A stretch of 64,000 bases of DNA, taken from assembly GCA_051362555.1 (NCBI GenBank), contig CM120646.1, positions 14,818,001-14,882,000 on the forward strand, read 5' to 3'. This DNA comes from Lingula anatina (Eukaryota > Animalia > Brachiopoda). The notes beneath the pieces are model-generated. The model made no database searches and was not told the DNA's origin. It saw only the letters and a program-made list of their open reading frames with translations. Each line of letters opens with the position of its first letter. The first letter of the stretch is position 1. Below, in pieces: positions 43,476 through 60,349 of the stretch. Position numbers and translations under genes: made by a program.

Positions 43476-43943
43476 TTAGAAATTGAATCCATTGCGTTCC
43501 GCCGTCCACCTGTAGGCCCAGTGGCTGCGTTTTGGAATCGCCCTTACGTTCTCAGCTGTGCGGGGACGCTGTAAATAGGTTAGCGGTGCCTCTGGCTTCT
43601 TACTCCCAGTGTTGTATAGGCCTACTGCCGCCCTCACCTCAGGTTCTGTTGCGACATACGAGTATACCAAGCACATACATGGTGATGCAATATCACTGGC
43701 TTTAGCTGTATACATTTCCCCTGGTATATAAAAAGTATCTTTGGCGTTGGCGATTTGTACACGTGCGTTATGCATGTCACACACGCAAGTAGAAATGCCT
43801 GTACCGTCATCTTGGTAAGGAACATGGCGTGGGGATCGTTTGCCGAACAATATCGAGGGCAGGTACGGATGAGGGACGCGTGCCTCCTTACTGGATACCA
43901 TAGAAACTGTGACCAGTACAAATGATATGGATAAGATGTTCAT
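43476..43943 (-). CDS. Secreted neuropeptide-like precursor (155 aa) with one ...PSILFamide peptide and a Cys-containing C-terminal part
   Basis: Signal peptide MNILSISFVLVTVSMVSS is followed immediately by KEARVPHPYLPSILF-GKR, then CVC and CMC motifs and a second KR site. A splice acceptor lies 21 nt upstream of the ATG. Confidence 0.8.
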   Translation of the reverse strand: MNILSISFVLVTVSMVSSKEARVPHPYLPSILFGKRSPRHVPYQDDGTGISTCVCDMHNARVQIANAKDTFYIPGEMYTAKASDIASPCMCLVYSYVATEPEVRAAVGLYNTGSKKPEAPLTYLQRPRTAENVRAIPKRSHWAYRWTAERNGFNF

Positions 43944-44514
43944 TTTCTTGCCACACTGGTACGTCTAAAAATAATAGAGAAACTATTTAAAATTTATCTT
44001 TAAAATTCTTTAGGTTGAGTTTTCCCTTTTCCAAAAGTTGTTTCTCGTTTCTCTTTATCTATAAATGCATATTGCATGTTATCCCTTCTGATGAAAAATA
44101 TTTGGAATTCTTTTCCACGTGATAAGTGAAATATTTAACCGAATTTGACTAAAATGACGGATATAGGCTCTGATCATTGGCAGCAGTTTTAATGCTACAT
44201 CTGCAGATGTATGAACTGATGTAAAAAAACTCACCACCACATTAAATGTTCCCCATAAAATCTAACGATCGTATTTTCATTATTAGACTTAAAACTGAAA
44301 TCCTCTAGAAATTATTTATGAAGAGAGTTTTAAATGATCATTTCTTTTATATTGGAAATAGTTAACTGAATATTTCAAAAACTTAATAAATGAACGGTAT
44401 TTTCTGACATACGTTATCGTACCTCAAGCTCAGTTTCTTTTCGTCTGCGGTTAACTTTTTCCCTTGGTACGTTTTCAGCTTACTCCAGAGTTCTGTATTG
44501 TCACTTGGGCGTCC

Positions 44515-44556
44515 TGTACACACTGAGCAAGCGTTGGAGACACGGGTTTTATAAGG
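44515..44556 (-). promoter_or_regulatory. TATA plus Inr core promoter of the ILFamide precursor gene
   Basis: Minus-strand TATAAAA at 44553-44547, Inr TCAGT at 44526-44522, and candidate donors near 44411-44422. Confidence 0.65.
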
Positions 44557-45899
44557 ACAGAGACATTGTCATAATTCAATTATTCCTTCCGCGTTACAAA
44601 CATCTAAGCTAGTGTCACTGAACACTTACACGCTAACAAATCGTCAACGGAACTCCAGATCTACGTGGCTGCCAAGGCTGGGATTTACCGCAATATAAAT
44701 GTCTACAATGACCAGTAGACGAGGATTACGTTTTCTCACGTAATGGCCCTGGTCAGCAAAATGTGGTCACTCCCAGAAATTAAGGGACCCACGTGTTTCT
44801 GTTTTTAAGTTTTAAGTATCATTACCGTTGTGGTTGTAGGTGTTGTGTATCTATCAATATATAGAGGGATGGTCGTGCTGATTATTTACGTGTCCTACTA
44901 CACGTTATCTAGAAACGCCATATATGTATGACATAATTAGTGAAAACACAAATAAGCAAGTAAATCCAAGCACATTTTTTCAAAATGTTGTGGGAACGAC
45001 ATTCAAGAAGAGTTATTTTTGGCTTACAAACTAAATAACGAGAACATCTGTTTTTAACATCTTATCTAGAGACTGAAAACCCTTTTTCATAGTACCTTTA
45101 GGATGCTACGTATCATCATATTTCAAAATTCACTACTCAGATCAATTTTTTATGGCTTCTCTGCGTTATCCAGTAAAGAGAGAGAAAGAAAGAGAGGGGT
45201 TCCGCAGTTTATCCTCTGAGTTACATGACAATGGTGTCTGCAAACGCTGTTGATATACAACTTTTGATCCCCAACATAATGTCTTACAATTTTCTTTTTA
45301 TCATGTTGCGTCTTTTTCTTTTTCTAAAATTTATTCTTAATTGCACGACGTTCTGTTTACCAAAATTATTTCCTATTAATTCTATCTATTAAGGAACTCC
45401 TTATGGAGGTACATGCTGTAGTTTGAAGTCAAAAAACACCGAAATGCATTTAGAGAAGATTACATTTCACTAGAAGAAATGTTTCGCTATTTATAAAAAT
45501 TTTCGGGTTCAATAACAACGCATTGTAGATAGATAAATTTTCGTAAAATTGTTAGAAAGTTTAGGTTCTGAAGTCAGTTATACTTTGGGATTTTTCCGTT
45601 TGAGTTCCTTCCGATGATCAGTTATAAATTTGGTAAAGCAAATGTCACATTCAAGAAAGCGTAGACTGGCGAGTCACCTAAAGGTTATACGATGCCAGGA
45701 GGAATTCCATCACAGAGTTAGTGTCTTGTGCAGCTGTCCAAATGACCCGAATGACGTCTTACGTTTCTGTTCCAACATGACAATGCTCCACCTCATCTTG
45801 TCCGCAAAACACAACAAGTTTCCAGTGACCAAAGGGATAACAACTGTTCTTTTTGGACAAAAAAAAAAAAAAAAAAAACGGATTTTCTTGGGGTAAACG

Positions 45900-46127
45900 A
45901 CGATTTTTTTCTATTTTAACCTTTTTTGTAATAAATCTTCAGAGATTATTACGGAGGTTTAGTCATCTATTAAGGTGCACGTATTCTGATAACAAGCACA
46001 GATTCCAGATTAATTGCGATAACCACTGTTTTGGTGGTAAAATGGAATTTATTATATTTCCATGAGTTGTTTACAATGCATTTATTGTGAAATATGAATC
46101 TCATACGAACAAATGCTATCTCTTTAA
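45900..46127. repeat. Dispersed repeat ending in TTAA, copy 2
   Basis: atgagttgtttacaatgcatttattgtgaaatatgaatctcatacgaa...atctctttaa matches 27650-27869. Confidence 0.6.
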
Positions 46128-47385
46128 ATAGTTCAGACTTATCTAAAACATTGTTTTCTCACTTGTTGATCACAGTAGTTGAAACAATGCCCATATTTCG
46201 CTTTTTATGCATAAGACTAGATTTGATCCGGACCTTTGACATATACCTGTACTGCAGTTGACCATAAAGAAAAATAGCGACACTTTATTTACTTAAAGTG
46301 TTAGGGCCTACATGTAGATCTTATATTAACTCATCTCTTCTGTCTACATCAGAGCGATTCGGTAATAAACTTCCGCGACTTCTAAGAAAAAGTGTCCCCT
46401 ATCATATTCTTGTTAAAGGCATCGCATAGTGTTATTTTTCCTACGGATAATTTAATATACAAGGACATGCCCTATAATGCAACCGATCACCGATGCAGTC
46501 AATCTCCGTTACCACAACGCCTCTGTGTGGAAAAAATGCCAGCCATTACCGATTCGCATAAAAATGATAAAAGTGTTGAAAACGCAAGTTGTCTGAGAGA
46601 GAAGTGGTTAAAAGACCGTGCTAATATGAAATATTTAGATTCTGTTTTCACGGTCTTAAAACAAATTCAAAGAGTAGTGTATATTTGCAAAGCTTTTACT
46701 TAGCTAAGCAACAGCCTGTTGAAATGGATCGTGATCATTATTACTAACTGTCTATTGCAGTTCTGTAGCTTTTACGTAGGCATATTTCACTAACAAATAG
46801 CCGCCACAACTGCCCATTATAGGCCTATTGTCCTTATGGGACTATTCTTCGCATGTTTATTCCTCTTTCTTAGAATTTTACTTATTGCCACCTATAACGG
46901 ACATTTGTGTCTTAATGGCACATAAATGGAACAACCTAGAACATGCAACAATTTATACCAGGTTTTTTTCAAAAAAATTGGGAATGACCACCATGCATCT
47001 GCCCATATCACAAGTAAGCCCACACATCTGAAATTAATGGAATTTGTCCTGTAGAAAATATTTGGCTGCATCTTTTATTTTACCCTGCCAATGAAAGCGC
47101 AATGATACAAGCGCCCTCTTGGGGTTCCCTTCAATAATTGCAATCGTTTCCTTTCAAACAGTTCCGATCTTTTCTGCTGTTGCAGATTTCACACCTGAGA
47201 CTAATTGCACCACATTGCAGCAGGTGCGACTTACAGTACGCATGCGCACTTTAGATGACAACAAGACTAGAGAGCTAAACAATCGAGCTGGCAGCAGTTC
47301 TCCATTGCGAGTTATCCCGTCTGTTACGTCTCTGTAAATTATAAAGCAACCCAAGGTTAACTGACAGGGAGATATCTGCCTGATC

Positions 47386-49548
47386 ATGCCACCAAAGAAG
47401 AAAAAGGGTGGGAAAAAGAAGGGGAAAAAGAAGAAGGATGGTAAGTTTTGACAAGTATTAGATCCAAACAGTTTGGTTGTATGACATATGTCGATCCATC
47501 TTTAAGTTGATGACTTTGTAAAAAGTCGTTGTAAACCTCTATACAGTAGGCATTGCAGTGTAATTTTAATTGTATGGAAGTTATACCAGTCCATTACTTG
47601 AAATTTTCTTATATAAAGTTGAGTTCTACGTTAGAGAGAGCATATAAAAATATTTATTTCATATTTCCTTCCAGATGCCGAGTTGGAACTTGAGGACAAA
47701 TACAGAAAGACGATGGATGAGATTGAAGCACTAAAAGATCACCTGGGTATGTCTCTTTGTTGTTCGAATCAAGTAGTTTGATAAGTATTCTGTTTTGAAA
47801 ATTTGTAAAGAACAAACAAGTAAGTCAATATTCTGTATCATATTTTTAGGAATTTAAATAAAGTCAGAAAGTTATTTGAGTATATGCAGGTCTGATTGGA
47901 ATGATTATTTCAGCTATTCGCAAGGAAATAGCCAGGCGTTCCCAGTCAATGGGAGATGAATGGAAGGCACAGGTGAAACAGGCAGAGAAACAAGTACAAG
48001 AGTTAAAAGATGACCACCAGTCAGTCAGTGCAGGTAATATCACAGGGAGCACAACCACTGATTGTGTCTTTTTGTCTCACCTAGCACAATCAGAAACAAG
48101 GGCTAAAAAATGTCTTGGTTTAGTGCACTTTTAGCTTTGGCCACTTCTCCTCATGAAGTTTATTTCAATAATGCATAAATAATAATAATAAATAAATAGA
48201 GTAAAAGAAATATGAAAGGTGTAACATATTTTAAGGCAGTTTTTAAATTATAGAAGTTCCGAATTGATAGAATACATGTACTATAGTATAATCAAGATCC
48301 CATTTTGAACACTTTAAGTAGATATTATTTAAAATTTATTTTTTGGATATGATATAAAACTATAAATATTGTTATATATATTTACAGACATGACAAGACA
48401 GTACAAAACTATGCAGACAGATCTCAGTATTCAGATTCATGACCTGAAGACAAAACTAGAGAGAACACAGAGAGAGTTGGGTAAGTCTGAAAAGGTTTGG
48501 CATAGCTGTATCTTGCCAAGTTAGCAATTACAGAATTTTATTTATTAAAGTTTTAACTTATTTAAATTGGAAAATAATTTTAAATTTGGGGGAACTCTTG
48601 GCACTTTTACTAGACTAATAACAGAATGTCTTTCCAGAATGTCTATCCTTCTGAAAGATGATGTCCAGTTTTTTTATGATGTTTTTGGCATTTTGGTTAC
48701 ATTTATTGTGATGTTCTTATTTTTGTCCTTTTGAGTTTAAATATCAAATCTTCTCTTCAACAGAAGATTATGTCATATTTCACATATGCGGAAGAGAAAA
48801 ATATCTGCTTAAAGAAAGATGTTCAGGAATAGAAATTCACTTAAGTTAACTCATCTTAAGGGGGATAGTAAATTTTACTTTTTAACTAGGCAGAACAGTT
48901 TGTTTGTGTGTGTGTCTATGTGTGTTTGGTCTTTTGAATTTCCAAAACTTGCTCCTAACGTCTTCTTTTTCTTTTCTTTCAGAGAAAACCCAGCAGGATC
49001 TAGCGGACACGAGAGCAGAGAGGGATAAGATTATCAAGGAGAAGGACAGCGAGATCCTGGACCTGCAGGTTAAAATACAGAGCCAGGAAGAGGCTTATGA
49101 AAAGATACTGAACGTAAGTGGGGATGAATTCGAGGGTTGGACTATTTTTAGATTAGAGAACTTATAAGTGGGAACAAAATGGAGGGTAGGGCAAACTTTT
49201 TGATTGGATGGGCTAAATTATCGACTTAATCAAAAACCTATTTGTTGAAACTGTAGATTGTGGGTGCATATATCTTTAAGATTATTGCTTTTGGCGAATG
49301 TCATTTCACATGCTGTGCACAGTTGATGAAGTATAAGTACCACAATGGATTCCCAGCATAATTCAACACATAAGCCTCGGAAATGCCTTAATATGTAAAA
49401 TGTCTTCATTTCTTTTCAGAACACCCTGGACAGTCTGTCAGAGAAGATCAAAAATGCCCGCTTGGTCTGGGTTGATAAAGAATCTATGATAGCTCAGAAA
49501 AACAAAGCCACTCTGTTGGAATTTGGACTGAATCCACTGGATTTATGA
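47386..49548 (+). CDS. CCDC153: Coiled-coil domain-containing protein 153 / dynein regulatory complex protein 12 (199 aa)
   Basis: Exons 47386-47440, 47675-47746, 47914-48033, 48388-48480, 48983-49113, 49420-49548 total 600 nt in frame. MPPKKKKGGKKKG..., LKDHLAIR, ADMTRQYK, YEKILNNTLDSL and EFGLNP recall the vertebrate CCDC153 layout. Confidence 0.8.
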
Positions 49549-51340
49549 TGATTTTTTTAAAACAAAGAAATATGGAAAGAAGTTTGATGGAATTTGGATA
49601 GAATTTTTCCATATAAACTGCTGAAAACTGTGGTAGATTATTAAGATTTCTGATGGGAAAATTATTGTGGAGGGACATAGAGAAAAGTGGATATATATTA
49701 TTTAGAAATGATCTCCCATTACTCCTGTGTACTTAATGTTGTTATAATTTAAATACATTCCATGTTTGAATAGAAGCTGTTCAATTATGTTCACCATTTA
49801 CAATAAGACGAATGCAAGGATGACTTATATCCTTTAATTCAATGTATTTCAAAGTGAGGAAATAATAGCCACGCGGTCTTACATTCCATGTCATCTTTGA
49901 TTTTGATAATGCTGATGTAAGAAAAATACTCCATTTTGGACTAAAAACGTTGTGCACCACTAGAAAACATTTTTTGGTGTACCCCACGATCTTGTTTTAC
50001 TGTAGATGCCCTCCTCATGTGTGATAAAAACAGCTCCCCATCCACTCTTTGGGTCACACAATCGGCACATTTTTTAGTAAAATCAGTTTAATTTGTAAAC
50101 TTATAAAAATTTGATCACCTGTCCCCCATATTTCTTTTAAAGTTCATTATGCTGAAGAAGTTAATGTGGTATCTGCTGGCACCATCCATACACACATGTA
50201 TATGCTGTCTGCTTGAAAGGAGAGGGAATGTCACAATACCAGTCTACGCCACAATGTAGCTATACAGAACTAGCTGGTATTGCCAGTCAAGTAAACAAAC
50301 ACCTCCTTCTACAGTATTTATATAAATAATTTTAATATTTATTCATTCAATCAATACTGCAAAACAAATGACCACTTCATTATGTCTGGCAATATGTAAA
50401 TGCCTGTCATGTTGAAAAATACAAAATGAACCCTACTGTCAACTGTCAAAATGTTTCTAAATCCTAAGTCTTTTCTCATATATGTTCCTGACTGTTTTTA
50501 CCAAAACTTATGTCATAACAAAAGTACTCAAATTTGTGAACTTTCAGAGTTTTAGTTGTAATTATTATGTTGACTGAAGTATTACAAAATTTTTAATTTC
50601 ATTTTAAAACCCATTGACATTAAGGCGATTGTGCACGAGTTCAGCTTTCCTGAAAGCTACTGATTTGATTTGAAGTAGTAAATATCAGCCCAATGAGACA
50701 GAGAAATATTCATCTGATTCGGTATTCTGCCAATTAAGAAATTGGCAAGTGAAATCTGGCAAGCTGCATCTCTTCAGTTCTTGGATTTCTATGACCAACA
50801 GTGTTCTGAATTTGAGCTATCAATCTGCTGGAAAACTCATCAAACCACGAATTCTTCTTCACTTTTTTTTTTTTTTTAATTCTCGATTTTTTTTACCTGA
50901 AAAATATTTTAAGACTAGAATAAGTTATATTTTCCCTGGATAAATCTGTAAGTATAAAAAACATTTTTAGCTGTTTTATTTAGAGGAAGGGGGGTGATGA
51001 CGAAGCTTCAGCCTGCAAGGTGCCTGCATTAAAAGAGAAAGAGCAAACGAAAACAGTTTTGAACTCATATTAAAGCCTACTAGCTTAGCAAGAAAAATCC
51101 AACTTTATCCGTGGACCCAAAAACTATTTAAAACAGAGATACTATATAATATTTTATTATCACATGATGCTATACTGTACAAGCCAAAGTGGAGTATTAC
51201 AGAAAATTTAAACAAGCAAAAGCAAAATTTACAACAGCAGCACCATTTTATTGAGAAAATCAATGAAATCAGTATCTCAAAAATAAGGGCTATTTGCCAA
51301 AAGTAAGTATTTTATATAAGCCTACACTTACCCTTTGAAC

Positions 51341-55426
<4,086 letters not shown>

Positions 55427-55893
55427 CTTGACACCATTCAAATGACCTTGATGGCCTTTCGACGTTATTTAGTTTTCTCCTACAATACCTCTTCAAATGT
55501 GTACACAGGTAGTTTTACAATAGAAATGTTGTGACATAATTATCAAAATGAGATGAGGGGGTAAAAATAGGCTGAAAATACAGACATCCTTGACACTCAT
55601 ACGGGACTTTTCAAGATGGATGCGCGCTGAAGTTGACGCCAGGATCTTGAAATGTTACTAAAATTTAATTGTTATCTTTGGCCTTAGTTATTCCTCACGA
55701 AAAATACCAATAAAAAGATCGGGCTCAAGTCGTTCCACAAAGACCACTGATCAAACAAGAACGCACGGGAATCCTACCACCAGTAAAGTAACGCGTTTTC
55801 TGTTTCCATTGCCATTGACGTTTGTACTACTTACTACAGTTTGCACATACCACTACCAGGTGGCCCAGTATCGGTATGTATTAATTAAGGTAT

Positions 55894-57796
55894 AGGGACA
55901 GTCGGTCATCCGGGCACTTGACCTTAGCAACCGGCATCTGGGGTAAAACAAATCGGGCAACATGGCGGATCGCACTGACGTCTATGTAAAAGTTGGCAGA
56001 CTTTGTCCGAAGATATCATACTTCACAGGTCCTGTCCACTTGTGTCAGTGAGGATGAGTTATTAACCTGGTCGATTTCCTTTACAGGCTTTTGTAAATAG
56101 CCGCTGCACACCTGGTTAAGAGATAAAATCGGCCTTATAACTGCCGATCGTTATCTGTGATCTTACAGTGGTAGATTACAAAGACTCATTTGCTTACCTG
56201 GATGAGCATAATATTCACATCTCTTTGAAAAGAAAACCATATGGAAGCAACTGATATTATCAAAGAAGATTTCAATCGTACTAATGACTGTTGACGTTAC
56301 ATATTGCTGACACATACGTGTAGATTTTGCAGGCCTACTGAATTGCACAGGTACCGTTTAACTCTCAGGCACGTACAAAAGTTAAATGGTGGAAGCTTGC
56401 TGTGTACCAGGTGACACTATCAACATAAAATCTAATGGGATTTGTTAAATTTCAAAGATCAACGGAAAAATAAACGACTGTTGCAGGCTATAGGTTGTGC
56501 AAACGTGACTAAAGACGGGATTGTTGGCAAGATTTGGTCATAGCTATACATGCACTACGAGATTTGTGTATGTGTGTATAGTTCATTTTATTATAGATAA
56601 GGAAAAAGTCATTGAACCTTGTTTGGTATTTATGTTTGTCATTTGTTACAAGAATTAATAAGTAGTATTTACAAGAAATTGAGATTGCATCTTGTTTTGG
56701 CATGTGTGACTGTATATCAATTCTTTTAGTTAAAATTAATGGACTATAACGTCGAACTTTTTTGCTGTAAGTTAATTGAGTTAAAAGATAAGAAAATATG
56801 TACGTATATATATTGACAATTCTTTGAGTTAATGTCTAAATCTTCAAGTTATCAAGTAAAATAAAAAAGTTGCCATAAATAAAGCGACCTTAACTGGTAA
56901 AATAACATACAGCGTTATTACCGTGTTTGTTATTCAATTTAATTTTAACCTTGTACGTTTTGAAACTCAGCGTTCTGTATTCCATGATATTTCGCCAATT
57001 TTCGTACCAGAAAAGTGCACAATAAGATTGAAAACACTCATAGACGCATAGCTGCCAATATCAATACAGGAAACACCACGTGTCTTCTCTTCCAAAAAGT
57101 TAGCAAGCAACTGTTTAAGCTGTCCTTCCAGGCTTGCATTAATATACATGTACTGTATACAGACCAAAGAGGCCATGGGACCGATGACATTGCCCCTTTC
57201 CCGTTCCCCTGGCTATTGCAGCAGCAGGTGATTTAATCACAATTTGTGGAAATTTTATTCTAATAACTTCTCAGTGTTGCACATTTTCCAGGCCTTTCTT
57301 ACGATCCACGTTCTAAGAAGCCATTCCTATTTCACCAACTTATGTGCATGTATATACTTAGGGTGGACATTTGCGTATGCAGTTAAGACCAATTTTATCC
57401 CGTAACAAGTTAAACAGTAGCTTATTACAAAGGCCTGCTAACTCAATAGTCCAGGTAAATGATTCAACCCGCCAGACACAAAAGGTCAAGCACTGCCTTT
57501 TCAAAATCTTCTGCTGTAAAATTCCCGATCACAGATAACGATCGGCAGTTATATTAGGGCCGATTTTATCTCTTAACCAGGTGTGCAGCGGCTAATTACA
57601 AAGGCCTGTAAAAGAAATCGACCAAGTAAATATCTCATCCTCACTGACACAAGTGGTCAGGCACTGTGAAGTATGATATCTTCGGACAAAGTCTGCCAAC
57701 TTTTACATAGAAGTCAATGCGATCCGCCATGTTGCCCGATTTGTTTTACCCCAGATGCCGGTTGCTAAGGCGCGTGACGTCAGCCCGACTGTCCCT
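55894..57796. mobile_element. 1.9-kb non-autonomous DNA transposon with ~270-bp TIRs
   Basis: 55894-56162 is the near-perfect reverse complement of 57527-57796. Termini AGGGACAGTCGG / CCGACTGTCCCT are flanked by AT on both sides. Confidence 0.9.
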
Positions 57797-58275
57797 ATCA
57801 ATGGGGGTAGGGAGGAGGCAAGAATGTAGCCAACTTCATGATTCATGAAGGGAAGTCACGCCAAAGTGACGTCAGACTTTGCTGTATCTTCTTTTGAAGT
57901 TTTCCTCAATGCCAACACCGGTGTAACGTGACAGGAAATCCCCCATAACAGAGTGTCCGCTTCCCATTCATTTGCACAGGTAAGCCTCGCCCTAGATTTT
58001 GACCCACTTATGCCAGACTAACCCTAACCATTATAACTATATGGAGGGCGGACTTTCTGTTACACGGACCTTCAGTTTCGTTACAACCTTGTTGAAGTGA
58101 GGTCACATACAGCCTTAAGAGTTTCCAACACAACCTGGTGTGGGATCTTACCTGGACAAGGCTGAAAACACAGGCAAAAGTCAAGGTTACTCTCTCACTA
58201 GTATTTCCTGTTTTCATTTATCTTTTTACATTTCCAGACCCTCAGCCCTATGCAGGTCACCTGTATACTGGCAAG

Positions 58276-59918
58276 ATGTCAGGAGCGCTAGCCAGGGCAG
58301 CGTTCTACCCCACTCTTCTGTATAATGTGGTGATGGAGAAAGTAACATCACGGAGGTGGTACGACAGAATAGACAGCCGTGTCCTACTGGGAGCATTGCC
58401 ATTTAAACGCATGTCAGAGAGGGTGAGAAGTCTTTCTCTCTCTTTCCCCCCTAGCTCTCTCTAAAAGTTATTGATACATACAGTATTCAAATTGTAAAAT
58501 TGTAGAGAAATAATCTCCCTCCCTCTCTCTCTCTCTCTGAAACTTATTTTGAAATTCTAAAACATTAAATGTTAACCATATGCATGTTAATAACATTCAT
58601 TGTAGATGTCAAAGGTCCCTTTAAACAACTAGAGTTACTGAAACTAAATTTCAGGGCTGAAAGTTTTCTTTTTCAGCTTGTAGAAGAAGAAGATGTGAAA
58701 AGAGTGATAACAATGAATGAAAACTATGAAACGAGGTACCTCTGCAATAGTTCCAAGGTAATAATTAAAAAAAGCAAAAGAAAAAATGAAATGAAGAAAT
58801 ATGCTAAAAATTATTAATAAAAATAATATTAGTGATGATGATAATAAGAATGATTATTTTAATAATAATTGTAAGTCATTCCACAGCATATCTGGTAAAC
58901 AGTGACAAACATTTCAAATTATTTAAAATCCAAAGAGATAGATAATAAAGTATACATATATATGTAAAAGCACAACCATAAAGGTCTTTTAAGATTTTGG
59001 AACAGGACGGAATTCCATTTTGATAATTACTTTACAATTTTATATGGAACATTTGATGACAACACACGAGTATTTTTCTAGAGTCTCAATTAATGTTGAC
59101 ATGTAGATACATTTGTTGATCCATAGTACAGTTTATGTTAGGGGAATGGCATGACCTACACTGAATTGCATGTAATTCCCTACTATTTCTTGTGGTGCAG
59201 GGATGGCAAAAGTTAGGGGTGGAGCAGCTACGCCTCAGTACCACCGACCTGACCCCACCTTCTGTGCAGGACTTGACCAAAGGTGTGAATTTTATTCTGG
59301 ATACACCTGAGGGAAGTGTGTATGTGCACTGCAAGGCTGGGAGGTCACGGAGTGCAACTCTGGTGGCTTGTTATCTCATGAAGGTAAAATCTTCACTTGG
59401 AAGATTAATACTTCACGTGCAGGGGTTTCCCCAGGGTTTGGAGTACAGGGAATCCAACTACAAATATACTGCGATTCCCAAAAAATTTCATAGTGATCTT
59501 CAAAAATATGGGCTCTCTTTTGAGCCCTGTGACCACTAAAATGATGGCTGGATGGCTTTCTAGAAAAAGTCTTGTTCACATATCAAGTAACAAATGATTC
59601 AGAATCAAAATGATATCTGATTTTTGAGGATTTTTTTTTTTTTTTTTTTTTTTAATGATTTCAAAGTCGGTTGTAATTGGACAAAACATGTTTTAATTTA
59701 ATATAATATTTGATATTTATGTTAATTTTACTCTTTATTTATTCTGTCATGTATTTATTTTTCTTTTTTTATGATGATTTATTCATATTAAACTTCAGGT
59801 CCACAACTGGAGTCCCGAAGAAGCTGTAAGTTTCATCAAAGACAAAAGGCCTCATGTCATGATCCTTCCGTCTCACTATGAAGTACTCAGGACTTTTCAG
59901 CAAACTCTCTCAGACTAA
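58276..59918 (+). CDS. PTPMT1: Mitochondrial phosphatidylglycerophosphatase / protein-tyrosine phosphatase 1
   Basis: Exons 58276-58422, 58677-58757, 59201-59383, 59799-59918. [13 protein letters not shown]...RRWYDRID...[14 protein letters not shown] and the active site [20 protein letters not shown]. Confidence 0.96.
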
Positions 59919-60090
59919 ATTCACGTGGCACTTGTAGAATTTCAAGTTTATTGTAGTTTATTGTATAATAATAATAATAATAATATATAATAATCTTTAT
60001 TGGAAAATCGCAACCTGAAGGTTGAAGTTATACAAATATGTAATTTATTTATTTATTTATTTAAATGAAATTTTTATTCATGTCAGAGAA

Positions 60091-60349
60091 GCCTGGTCAT
60101 TTTTTTTTCACTGGCGCACTCTGTAGACGCTCTCACCTCCCAGAGGAGGATACAGCTTGGCTGCCATATTAGGTGCTCAGAGCTAACATATCATTTCTGC
60201 ACTGCCTGACCAGGCCCCTGCTTCAACCCCTTGCCAAGCGGGGAGACAGCAGGTACCGTTTATAAAGGACTGGTAAGTCCCCGGAGAGGTTTTGAACCCT
60301 CGTCCTCCCACTCTGGAGGCAGACACTCTAACCACAAGGCCATCCGGTC
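60091..60349 (-). mobile_element. tRNA-derived SINE
   Basis: Minus-strand head gaccggaTGGCCTTGTGGTTAGagtg...gagGGTTCAAAACCt has Pol III A- and B-box-like motifs. It is followed by a non-tRNA body (aacggtacctgctgtctccccgcttggc). Confidence 0.75.

Noticed and set aside
56163-57236. Transposase ORF inside the long-TIR element
   Set aside because: Only short ORFs with no DDE-like motifs; the element appears non-autonomous.
60270-60349. tRNA gene
   Set aside because: The cloverleaf is degenerate and runs into a SINE body, so it is treated as a SINE head.
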